64,000 bases of DNA, from NCBI RefSeq assembly GCF_006345805.1, contig NC_042999.1, positions 52,762,001-52,826,000 of the forward strand. The letters are read 5' to 3'. The number at the start of each line of letters is the position of its first letter. Positions within the stretch are counted from its first letter, which is position 1. A model generated the notes under the pieces. That model worked only from the letters and a program-made list of their open reading frames with translations, was not told the DNA's origin and ran no database searches. The translations under genes and the position numbers were made by a program. The stretch comes from Octopus sinensis. Its lineage: Eukaryota. Shown here piece by piece: positions 24,115 through 36,100 of the stretch.

Positions 24115-26991
24115 CACAGACCCAAAATAAAGAAAACAAAAATATAAACCTCTCCAGCAAAACACTGACACCAACCCAATCAACATCCTAGCAAGAGGTT
24201 TGAAATTCACACCCACTCCAAGAAACCCAAACCTGAATTCTGCAGAAAACTTCGCCTAACAGAAGCTTTGACAGATATCAACAATGGGGACGATTCATTG
24301 ATCAGAAAGAAATAAAGCAACTTCCTACCACCAAAAGGGAGAAATAAAACACTGGACGATTTCTGTAAACACATCCAGAGTCTCCCCTTTACTCCAAGCA
24401 AAACCAAGGTAAAATCCAATTCAGTAAGGAAGAATGGAAAACCTACGTGACATACAACTGGATAAAAACCCACCATCAAAAAAGCGGACAAATGGAGTGC
24501 TGTGGTCCTTATGGACACGGAATTTTATAAACACCTAGTGTTCTCCATGCTTAACAATAACATTTTCTATGAGGTTATTAACAACTACAAACAGCAAAAA
24601 ACAATCAGAAACCTCACCACACTCATACGCCAACACGGTCAGGGACTCACAGAAAAAGAAAGGGATTATATCACCATTTTCAAATGCAAGCCCAGCCTTT
24701 TTTATGGCCTTCCTAAAATCCATAAAAACAAATACATCACCGAAGCCTGCAAACTCTCCACTGACATCCACATCAACATCAAAGCACCGGAGGACCTAAA
24801 ACTAAGGCCCATCGTGGCTGGTACCTCCTGTGAAACACACCGCCTGAGTAACTTCCTAGACATCCTTTGAAACCTTTCCTTACCCACATCAAAAGTTTCA
24901 TTAGGGATGATCTGGACATGCTCAAACACCTCCCGAAAACAGTTAACGAGGAGGCACTCCTGGTATCCTTGATGTCATCAACCTCTACACCAACATTCCA
25001 CACGAGTATGGTATAGAGGCAATTGACTTCTGGCTAGAAAAACACCCAGAGACATTCCCTGACCGCATTAACAAGTCTTTTATTACAGAATCTCTTAAGT
25101 TCATTCTGACAAACAATTTTTTTCTCTTCGACGACACACACTACCGTCAAAAATGTGGCATTGCGATGGGTACCAAGGCTGCACCAGTCCTTGCGAACCT
25201 CATAATGGGTTACTTCGAACTGTCACTCTATGAAATATCAAGCCAGAAATTTGGACATGTTTTCCACACCTACCTAATGGAAAACTGGAAAAGGTATTAG
25301 ATGATTGTTTCATCATATGGAAAGAACCTTATGAAAAACTCCTGGAATTCAAAACCATACTAAATAACATACATCCCAACATCCAATTCACTATGGAATT
25401 AAGCAAACATCATCTCCCATTCCTTGATCCTAATTATAAAACACACCTAAGAACCAAATCATAACAGACATCTACCACAAACCTACAGACTCACAACAAT
25501 ACCTCCTCTTTAGTTCATGCCACCCAAAACACACCAAGACAAATATCCCTTTCAATTTAGCTAAAAGGGTATGCACCATTGTCTCGGATCCAAAAACACG
25601 AGAAATACGCCTTCAAGACCTCAGAAAAAAAAAAACACTATTACAACGTCAATATCCCTCCACCCTTATAGAGTATGGAATAAAACGCGCCAAAGAACTA
25701 GACAACACTACACTGAAAACCACCCAACCTAACACCACACACAACAAAATACTTCCATACATTTCCACCCACAACCCCAAAAATATCGAAGCATACACCA
25801 CAATCATACAAAACCTCAGTCTACTGTCAACAGACCCAAAAATGAAAAACATTATAAATACACACAAAATCCTCAAATGCAAAAGGCAACACAAATCTTT
25901 AAAAAAACTCTTGACAAATGCCAAACTTCACACACCACATCCACCCCCCAGTAAAAAAAAATGTGCACGCTCAAACTGTGGTACCTGCCCCTTTCTACTT
26001 GAAGGCTCTGAATTTACCTTCAAACAAGGTACGAAGTTTAAAATCAAGACTAACTTCTCCTGTTCCTCCGAGAACCTTATCTACCTTCTCACATGCGCTG
26101 GTTGCCAACATAATTATGTTGGACAAACGAGTCTCCCGTTACGTAAACGAGTAACGGTGCATAAGAACAAATAAATCTCCCGGAATACCGACAAATTCCA
26201 CTGAGTGACCACTTAGACTCATGTGCTAAAGACTTAAACCCCAAATTCTATATATTCCCCTTCTACCAATGTAAAGACGGGATCACCACACAGGAGAGAA
26301 TTAACAAGGAGAATCTCTTTATTGAAAAATTCCAAACACAACTTAATATGCAAACTCCTCGTTGATCAAACTTCCTTTCTCTACCTCACTCTTCATGGAT
26401 GGACTAACACAAATATATAAAGATACCATGCATTCATCACTTCAAGCTAAAACTTATATTCTTTAAATATCATTTTTACTATTGTTGTTATTACTATCAT
26501 TTTTATTATAAATGATATGACAATTTGAAATGCAATTGTCTATGCAGATTTATATTATTAGAAAATAATATAAATAAAGTGTTAAAATGAAAGTTAAGTT
26601 AACAAGCAATTATATAAAAAAGATAATGCAAATGAAGCTAAAATGATAGTTTTATAATTTGGGTTTTATTGAAGAACTCAAAAGAGTTGTCTCCCCTTAC
26701 CCACAACACAGGAACTGAAGAACCAGGACCACAATTACTACTACTTCCTGTCCTGCAACATGCTGAATTTAACAACACAACACATCACATGCTCTTAATC
26801 CCTTTGGATCTTAACACCTCAAGGTAATTTTTTGGTAAACAACCATAAAACTCAAGATACACAACGAACTCACAATGTATCGGAGAACTATTTTTAATTT
26901 TTGTACATTTTTATCATTATTCTTTTACAAAAAACAATGCAATTTTCTTTTTTTCCTTTCTAATTTTTAAAATAACTTCTTAAAACATAAA

Positions 26992-27032
26992 TATTCTTGA
27001 CAAGTCATACAATGACGAAAACCGGTTGAATA
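26992..27032 (+). ncRNA. Minimal hammerhead motif (U3-A8) in the PLE B pLTR
   Basis: tattc-TTGACAA-gtca tacaa tgac-GAAA-ACCGGTT-gaata. Confidence 0.62.
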
Positions 27033-27167
27033 AATATATATTATATATTTTATCATTTTCTCATTTTATTAAAATTTTCTTTCATTTGAGCATTCTGCAT
27101 TTTAAAAAATTTTTTCATTACTTATCATTTCTCCACGTGCGGTCAACACAACCCCACCATTTATTGA

Positions 27168-27257
<90 letters not shown>

Positions 27258-27339
27258 CATTATATATACACATTATATATACACACATATATTACACACA
27301 CACACGCATATATATATATATGATATTGATACATATATA

Positions 27340-28771
27340 TTAGGTCGTCAAATATGAAATTTGTAGAAAAGTTTGCTAATGTTTTATAAATGCCAGGGTT
27401 AGTTTTATTCATCAAAGTGTGCATCAAAATATTGACTATTGTCAATACATATTTGCCATTTCAGCGGTAGTTTGTTCAGTCTGGATTTGTAAAAGCCTGG
27501 CAATCTAGAGTCAATAAAATCTTGGAAAGCCTGTTTTACGGCAGCGTTGGAATTAAACTTTTTGCCAACCAAAAAGTTATCATGTCAGTGGAGGCAAGTT
27601 CAGGTGAGTATGGCGGATGATGGCCAACATCCAACTCCAACCCCTGTAGTTTCGCCAATGTCATTCTTGCGATGTGTGGTCTGGCGCTGTCTTGCAATAA
27701 GATAGGACTGGGTCTGTTGACTAATCTACTCTTTTTTTTATGTAAGTTTCTGCATTATTTGGACCAGTTGGCTGCAGTAACATTTGGCTGTGATTGATGA
27801 GCCAGGTTTAATTAAATCATAATGGATCACACCTGCGCCAGACTACCAAACACACACCAACAGCTTCTTTTGATAAATTGTGCTTTCTGGAGAGTGTATT
27901 GGTGGGGCGTCTTTGTCCAGTCATTGCGATGAACTTTTACGGTTGTATTGGATCCGTTTCTCATCACATGTTACAATCCAATTTAAAAATGTTTCCTTTT
28001 TGTGATGAGAAAGTAGCATAAAGTAGGCTTCCAAACGTTGCTGCTTTTGATTTTCATTGCGCTCATGTGGAACCCACTTATCCAACTTTTTCACTTTACC
28101 GATTTGAACTTGAGGAGTTAATATAGTTTGCTTGTTGCGAAATGCTTAGCGGCATTTCGTTGCGTTCTGAGTTCAAATTCGCCATGGTTGACTTCGCCTT
28201 TCAAGATTTCGGGGTCGATTAAATTAGAACCAGTTATGCACTGGGGTCGAAGAAATCAACTTAAAATCTTTGTCTGTCCCCTATATGTTTAGGCCCCCTG
28301 TGCGCAATAAAAAAATAAATATTGTTTGCTTGGTAACACCAAGCAACAACGATAATTCATGGACACCCGACGGTAGTTTTAATTCGTCATTATTCACTTT
28401 TGTTTCTGGTCGACTGCAGTGCTCATTTGTGAGGTCAAAGTTACCAGAACGAAATTTCGCAAACCAATTTGATACTATCTGCTGTATAATAACATTAGAA
28501 TGAAATGATCCATTAATATTCCGAGCTGTATGTGATGCTGTATTTCCAAGAAAGAATTCACATTTCAAAACTTCGAATTTCCGAATTATACATCTCTAAA
28601 CGAAAAAGCAAAAAACGATTTGTAAAGCGCAAAATGAGTTGGAATAAAGAAATAGATGTGTCATCTTTCTATCAAAAACTAAATACTGTCAAAATATAAT
28701 AATGACGCAAAATCAGCAGTTGTCAGAGTTTACCATATACTTTACTACAAATTTCATACTTGACGACCAAA
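27340..28771 (-). mobile_element. Mariner-like transposon, degraded, with a SINE inserted at about 28135-28320
   Basis: TIRs taggtcgtcaaatatgaaatttgtag / ctacaaatttcatacttgacgacca; WFAKFRSGNFDL, WVPHE, IVTCDEK, LQDSARPH, HPPYSPEL. Confidence 0.88.
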
Positions 28772-28796
28772 TATCTATCTATCATCTATCTATCTA

Positions 28797-28867
<71 letters not shown>

Positions 28868-28903
28868 TCTATCTCTCTATCTATCTATCTATCTGTCTAT
28901 CTA

Positions 28904-28943
<40 letters not shown>

Positions 28944-28965
28944 CATCTATCTATCTATCTATCTA

Positions 28966-29010
<45 letters not shown>
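28772..29010. repeat. (TATC)n/(TC)n/(TA)n microsatellite
   Basis: Direct observation. Confidence 0.95.
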
Positions 29011-29017
<7 letters not shown>

Positions 29018-29427
29018 TATTAGAGACAAAACCACTATTTTGCAAAACAAACAAGGAAAGACTTATCAATACATAAAAATTTAATAAATAGTCAAAAAAC
29101 CGCCACTACAATCGTTTCTTGTCTTGATCGACAATCTTCAGGTGGACTTCCAATAATTCAGTGTCAAATTATGAAGTCTATCTATCTATCTATAATTTGA
29201 CACTGAATTATTGGAAGTCCACCTGAAGATTGTCGATCAAGACAAAAACGATTGTAGTGGCGGTTTTTTGACTATTTATTAAATTTTTGTATTGATTAAG
29301 TCTTTCCTTGTTTGTTTGCAAAATAGTGGTTTTTGTCTCTAATAATATTTTATAATATTTTACTATAAAATCGATTTATCCTAAATCTGATTTTTTTTCC
29401 CTGTAAATTTGGTTTATTCCCTAATAT

Positions 29428-29440
<13 letters not shown>
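29008..29440. mobile_element. Fold-back non-autonomous PLE terminus (pLTR + inverted copy) carrying hammerheads
   Basis: Arms 29008-29172 and 29192-29354 around a 19-nt spacer; no coding sequence; (TA)n on both sides. Confidence 0.75.
29103..29145 (-). ncRNA. Canonical-core minimal type I hammerhead ribozyme
   Basis: ccac-CTGAAGA-ttgtc gatcaa gacaa-GAAAC-gatt-GTA-gtgg; the plus-strand partner 29219-29260 has lost the G of GAAA. Confidence 0.8.
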
Positions 29441-29472
<32 letters not shown>

Positions 29473-30134
29473 TATATATATACATACGTACGTTTGATGA
29501 CAATGATACTTTGTTTGCTAATCCTTAATATAACAAGACGAGAGAAAACGAAATTCTTAGACCTTATTTGTCCCCTGATTCTAAATACAGAAGGTATGTG
29601 GAATAATAATGTCAAATAATAGCTGAACGAGTTTTAAACCTGGAAACGAGGAGCTTTTTCTCCCTGAAATGTTGGAAATTGTTTAATCGGAATTAATCTG
29701 GGGGATTTAACGGGATAAAATGATAAAATTATATTTTGAACTATAGTCAAAATCACTAGGTTGTTCGGATTAGTCAATAATCAGGTATTAGAATACGATA
29801 TCGAATCCAACAAGGATGAATTCGTATCATCAAGTTTCTTTTTCACGTTATGCCAGTTATATATGGATAATTTTATTAGGCATATAATTTTGCATTACAT
29901 GCAACGCGAAGAACAAAGTTCAATGATATACAAACTATTCACCCTATCACCCAGCAATCAAACACTATTGATAAAATCACATCAATTTATGGGTTTATTC
30001 TTATCATTCCATCTAAAAGTAGTTATTTTGTAATTTTCACTTCAATCCTGTGTCTCCTCATTTAAAAGTTTAATTTAGATCAACAAAGAAAATATATATA
30101 AAACAAACTGAAGACTTATTTACAAAATACTTAC

Positions 30135-30198
30135 TGTGTAGGTTCTGTTACTATCTCCGGTACTTCTCGCGGACCTTCAACTGTGTGTTCCACAGAAG
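30135..30198 (-). CDS. Astacin exon 3 (propeptide)
   Basis: poly-T gttcag|CT TCT GTG ... ACA CA|gtaagt; (S)SVEHTVEGPREVPEIVTEPT(Q); phase 1 in, phase 2 out. Confidence 0.7.
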
Positions 30199-30329
30199 CT
30201 GAACAAAAAAAAAATAGTTGTAAACAGATCGTATTGTACGTGTAGGTATATGTGAGCCTCATGTGTGTAGAGATGCGCTGATGTTAGTATTTAAAGCAAA
30301 AAGGTTGAGTTTGTGGAGAGAGAAAGGTT

Positions 30330-30760
30330 AAAGGGAGAAAAACTAATTCCTCTTGATTTGGATGACTAAAACCGGGTGGTGGTAATGTGTAGGGCCATAT
30401 CAACCCCGAAGTGTTGTGGACTGAAATGATGTGAAGAGACGTAATGGTGGGTTACGTGGGAATCATTAACTTGACGGATTTCTTAGAAGTGTTCGAGAAG
30501 GAAATCAGAGAAGGTTTGTCTGACATATAGGGCGTTGTAGGCAAAGCATTTAAAACAATATATAAGATTAGTAAAGATGCACACGAAGTAGTCGATTCTA
30601 TGGAAGGAGTGGTAGTTGAGTCGAAGCAAGGATAGGTGTTGCAGGAAGACTGGAATTAAGGGACTGTGAGAGTTACAGAAAATGTTCCACACAAGTTAGG
30701 CAGTAGATAACGCGCATTTAGAGAGAAACAAGGATGGGTTGAAGATGGCCGTCGTTTTGC
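30330..30760 (-). mobile_element. Degraded PLE GIY-YIG fragment
   Basis: FVCIFTNLIYCFKCFAYNALYVRQT....EHF resembles FxCxxxNLIYCIxCxxC..YIGQT..EH. Confidence 0.6.
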
Positions 30761-31344
30761 TATTAATTTTAACTATCTTCTGTATGTATATCTCCATATC
30801 GCGACTTCTACGAAGACATACACAAACACTAAAATGACAAGATCAAGACACCACACTCTAAACTCGCACCAAGCCTGATCTTCTGCGACAAGATGGTAGG
30901 GATTTCTACTGCAAATACTATATCTTTCGGTTGCTTTTAAAACTGGAAAACCATATAAGTGGTGATATTCGTTGTTGCATTTTGTCATAATGCATTATAC
31001 ACCTTTCATTATGACAGCTGAACAAAACGATTACAACTTCGTTTGCTAGTATCCAGCTGTGATAGGAGGAAAGAAAAAGAGCGTATAAAATGTATCTACC
31101 CATCAAATATTATTATGAGAATCATTTCGACAACATGAATGCCGAGTGTTAAACTAAAAGTTTGAATTTTTTAGCCAAGCATCAGGTGAAAACAAAGAAT
31201 AGATAAAATTACTGGCGTCTTCTGAAAGTTTCCTCATATGTTCGACATACAAAGGTGAACATATTAGTACGAAAGTATTCAGACATATAGGTGTGTATGT
31301 ATATATACATTTGTAACAATAATTATATACACATACTGGTACAA

Positions 31345-31597
31345 ATATATATATATATATATTCCCTATACATCCACTGCTGGATGGTCGTTGTTACCTA
31401 TTATAACATTTATGTTGACTGGTTTTGTATTAAATTTGTCAGAATATCTAAAATTTGCCCTGACGATCCAAAAACCCGCCATATGTAGATTTACAGTTAT
31501 CGGCAGCAGATATCTCATCAGATCTCTAAACTCCACCCCACCAAACACATACTAACACACAGGTATACATACAAACATAAAACATATGTATACATTT

Positions 31598-31635
<38 letters not shown>

Positions 31636-31885
31636 CCTATACATCCACTGCTGGATGGTCGTTGTTACCTATTATAACATTTATGTTGACTGGTTTTGTA
31701 TTAAATTTGTCAGAATATCTAAAATTTGCCCTGACGATCCAAAAACCCGCCATATGTAGATTTACAGTTATCGGCAGCAGATATCTCATCAGATCTCTAA
31801 ACTCCACCCCACCAAACACATACTAACACACAGGTATACATACAAACATAAAACATATGTATACATTATACATAATATATATATA
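31345..31885. repeat. Tandem duplication, period 271 bp
   Basis: Identical ORF translations at 31366-31548 and 31637-31819; units separated by (TA)n. Confidence 0.92.
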
Positions 31886-31902
31886 TATATTATATATATA
31901 TA

Positions 31903-31942
<40 letters not shown>

Positions 31943-32200
31943 TGAACTGTAGACTCAGATTAATATTAAAGAAAGCAGAACTCCGCGAGCTGGTACACTG
32001 CGCAAATACGCATCCCGTGTTCGATGAACATTCATGGATGAAATGGTCGGATTTGAAAATGTAATCTAACCACACACTGCACAAGAAAGATAATGTTTTT
32101 GTCCTACCTAATTGAGATTCAACATCCTCCACTTATGTGGCATTAAACTTCACAATTCAAATTTTCACAGTATATGCATGTATGTACACAACACATATAT

Positions 32201-32330
32201 GTGGAGGCACAATGGCCCAGTGGTTAGGGCAGCGAACTCGTGGTCGTAGGATCACTGTTTCGATTCCCAGACCGGGCGTTGTGGGTGTTTATTGAGCGAA
32301 AACACCAAAAGTTCCACGAGGTCTCAGCTG
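32201..32330 (+). mobile_element. tRNA-derived SINE head (family 3-like)
   Basis: tggcccagtggttagggcagcgaactcgtggtcgtaggatcactgtttcgattcccagacc. Confidence 0.75.
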
Positions 32331-32595
32331 TATGTATGTATATATGTATGTATGCATGCATGCATGCATGCATGTATGTATGTACCTGCATATACAGACG
32401 AAAAGCAATCATGTCCTCGGTGGAATTTGAATGTGAAGACGTGTGGAATGCCACTAAGCATTTTAACCAACGTGCTAACAATCCTGCCAACCTACTGCCT
32501 TGAAGAATACAAACAGTAATAGTGGATGATTGTCACACAAGAAATCAGGAGTAAATTTAATGAAGTATAAGTTTATTAAGGGTAGAAATACTCAC

Positions 32596-32629
32596 AGTTA
32601 TCTGGAGTCACCGTTTGTACTTCAACGCC
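32596..32629 (-). CDS. Astacin exon 2 (propeptide, 34-nt mini-exon)
   Basis: tttattttcag|GGC GTT GAA ... AAC T|gtgagt; GVEVQTVTPDN; phase 0 in, phase 1 out. Confidence 0.7.
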
Positions 32630-33179
32630 CTGAAAATAAATAACAGAAATACAATGTCGTTTTTCTTTTTCTGCTTTTGTATGTGTGTACGTGTGCTTGT
32701 ACGTGTAGTTTATAATCGTGTATCTTTGTATGAGTATGTCTGTGTGTAGGCTTCTGTCTCCAGAGCATGATGACACGAACATGTATTTATGTAATTTTGA
32801 TATTGCAGACATGATTTTCATTACAATAAACAAATCTACTTATAGCAAATTCAGTAATGGAGATTTAAAATCAAAATAAAATAAGTAGGTGATTCTAACA
32901 GTGAAAATGAACAAATGAATAATTACATTTATAACAAAAGGAAAACTCGTATTAGTGTTGATAACCGGGTTAAAAAAAATCACACACTGCTAATGGAAAT
33001 AAAGATGTCGTATACTTTAGTAAAATATGAAATTCTTTAAATATAAAATCGGCTAAAAGATTTAAAGATAGAAGGAAAAGTAAAATAAGCGCTAACATTA
33101 ATATGGATCGAAATCAGATGATACTTACTCCTTCGAAAAACAAGTAAAGACATCACAATTATGATTTTAACTCGAAGAA

Positions 33180-36100
33180 TACCTTATGGTTAATCGTTCT
33201 ATTTGGTAAATAGATCAATTGTAACTTTTCCTAAGTGTTTAATATAGCAATTCAAAAATACTTTCCAAGAAACCACAGATATTACAAAATTTTTAATCGA
33301 CATAAAATTAGATCGGTTATTGCCTTAGCCGTAATATTGCACAAATTATAGCAGCACATAATGTTAAAATAATATCGAAATTTTTAAAAAGCGATTGCAA
33401 TCAGAATGGCGTAATAAATTCTAAGCATGATAACGCCAAACGGAATTAAGAACTCAAATAGTAGGGAATGCTAAGAAATAAAGTGTCGATGTAAGGGAAA
33501 CAACCCAATTTAACATAAATAACTTCAAATAGAATAAACATTCAACTAGAAATAGAAGAAAGATAACGTTATCCAAAGGAGTAAATAGTAATAAAGAACT
33601 TGGTGGAAATGGATTTAATTCTACAATGAATGATCAAACTGAAACTAAATCTGTGGGAAATATAAAAGGCCATATCTGCAATTGTTCTAAACGGGAATCC
33701 TGTTATGTAAAACTAAAAATGTAATATATAGATGTATAGTGACATCTGAAGGTAAATAATTCTTTTACATCGGTGGGACTTCATAGATTTTCAAGAGGAC
33801 ACTGGCAAATCATTTGAGTTCATTTAAAGACAAAATGAAAATGTTCCAACCTATCTTAGCAAATTAATCTGGTCTTTTAAAGACAGTAAAAAGGACTATA
33901 AACTTAGACTTAGATAAACTTAGATATGTTTCGACCAGAGATTGGTCCAGGTCATGTCTAACTTAATAGCACCACCTGATATGATTATTCGAATCCTGTT
34001 TAAGTCAAGTTTTGTTCAAGTAGTGAGTTCTTGTTGGGTGAGTTGTATCCAGTTTTGTTCAAGTAGTGAGTTCTTGTTGGGTGAGTTGTATCCAGTTTTG
34101 TTCAAGTAGTGAGTTCTTGTTGGGTGAGTTGTATCCAATTATGGGTGGCTTATCTGGTATTCTTTGAAGGGATCTATCCAGACTCTGTTTGAAGTTGATG
34201 GGATCCTTTTCCTCTTTGATCTCCCTCGGGACAATGTTAAAGAGGGCAGGGCCTGTTGAGGAAAAGAAATTATGTTGCAGTGTACATGTATGTTGTGATC
34301 TTGAATTTGGCAGGGGACGTATAGCCCGTGGTCCAAGTCTTGGATGAACCTTGAAGCTAATGTTTAGGTCGTTTGGGCAAAGTTGGCGGTATATTTTCCA
34401 CATCGCACAAATGATGTACCGCTCACGGCGACGCTGGAGGGAGTAAAGTTTCAAGGCTTTAAGGCGATCCCAATAATCGAGAGCAGCCATGCCTTCAATT
34501 TGTTTAGTGAGAGCCCTCTGGGGTGACTCAATTCTGGAGATGTTTTGTCTTGTGTGAGGAGACCACAGTGGGCAGCAGTATTCATGGTGTGGCCGTACAA
34601 AGGAGGAAAAAAGTGGTATGATGACACCTTGTTCTCTGGACCGGAAAGTTCTTAAGGAACTCATCCTACGAGCTATATCGACCTTCTTGTTGATGTGTGC
34701 ACTCCAACTGAGATCGTCATCAACAATTACACCCAGGTCTCTGATATTGTTAGAGGCTGTGAGCGGTTCCCCTGAAGGAAGAGAGTATGGTTGTTTTAGT
34801 GAGGAATTTCTTCCATAATGCATCAGCTCAAATTTTCCCTCATTCAGTTGCATTTTATTTCTGTCTGCCCATTGACTCACAGCATATAGATCAGACTGGA
34901 GTTGAGTTCGGTCTGCTTCTTCATTGACGATTTGCTGGAGCTTAGTCTCATCAGCGAATATTTTCACTTTACAGTGATGTACGACACTGGAAAGGTCGTT
35001 TACGTAAATTATGAAGAGTAGAGGACCCAAAACAGTTCCCTGGGGAACACCGCTGGTGACTTTTGCTGGGTTTGAGTGGACTCCATCAACTACAACATGT
35101 TGTGTTCTATTCGCCAGGAAATACTGAATCCAGCGTAGAACTTTTTCACGGATTCCAACATTTGCCAATTTTAAGAGTAGGATGTTATGGTCTACCCTGT
35201 CGAACGCTTTACTGAAGTCAAGATATATGACGTCAGAGTTCCAACCTGTTCCCAAGGCTTTGAGTACATCTTCAATGTGGTGTAAGAGCTGTGTTAGACA
35301 GTCCCTGCCACAGCGAAAGCCATGCTGATTTGAATTTAGGAGTTTGTGGGTCTCCAGGAAGTCAGCTATCCTTGATCTTAACACTCTTTCAAACACTTTA
35401 ATGATATGGGAGGTGAGTGAGATTGGGCGATAGTTGACTGCGAGGGATCTGTTTCCCTGTTTGAAAACCGGGATGACCGACTAGGATAGAAACTGTTTCG
35501 GTATATAACGAGTTTCTCCAGAGGTTGGTCAGAGGGACTGCAAGTTGATATCTACATTCCTTCAGGAGACTAGCGGGAAATCTATCAGGGCCTACAGCAG
35601 AGTAATGTTTGACCTCATTTATTGCTGCTACGATGTCGGTGGCAGTGAAGGTTATGTCTGCGATTTTGTGTTGGGAGTCAACTTCGTTCGTTTCCATCAC
35701 ATCAATATCAGTGGGAACACTGAAGACAGAGCAGTATTGTTTCTGCAGTATTTCTGCCATTTCTTTAGCATCGTGTTGGGGAATGCCGTTATCATCAATC
35801 AATGGCCCAATGGGTGAGACAGTGGTTCTATGCTTATTTGCATAAGAATAGAACACTTTTGGGTTCTGTTTGATGTTTTTGATTACCCATTGTTCCTCCA
35901 CAACTCTTTGATTTTCAATGGAGGTTTTCATGTTAGTCTGCAGATGAAGTTTTTTCAGCTCTAGTCTTTTCATTGTTGTTGAATGTGGATGTTGTGTGTG
36001 GGAATATTTTAATTGGTTGATTTTTTTGTTGAATCTTTTGATGCGCCTGATGAGTGTTTTTTTTCTTTTTAGGGAGCCGGTTTCTGTTTGTGTTAGTAGA

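Larger units (their letters stand above)
20701..27170 (+). mobile_element. Penelope-like element B, near full length: inverted 3' copy + duplicated fragment + pLTR + ORF1 + RT/GIY-YIG + pLTR
   Basis: 20701-21968 is the reverse complement of about 25854-27121; 21969-22502 matches 25642-26174; 22504-22600 matches 27074-27170; RT motifs FYGLPKIHK, RPIVAG, GIAMGT; GIY-YIG NLIYLLTCAGC..YVGQT; (TA)n on both sides; many 1-nt indels. Confidence 0.93.

Noticed and set aside
29488-29665. Candidate extra propeptide exons
   Set aside because: Phase mismatch or weak donor (gtttaa); not needed for a continuous frame.
32201-32280. tRNA gene
   Set aside because: Continues into SINE body sequence and has imperfect stems; it is a SINE head.
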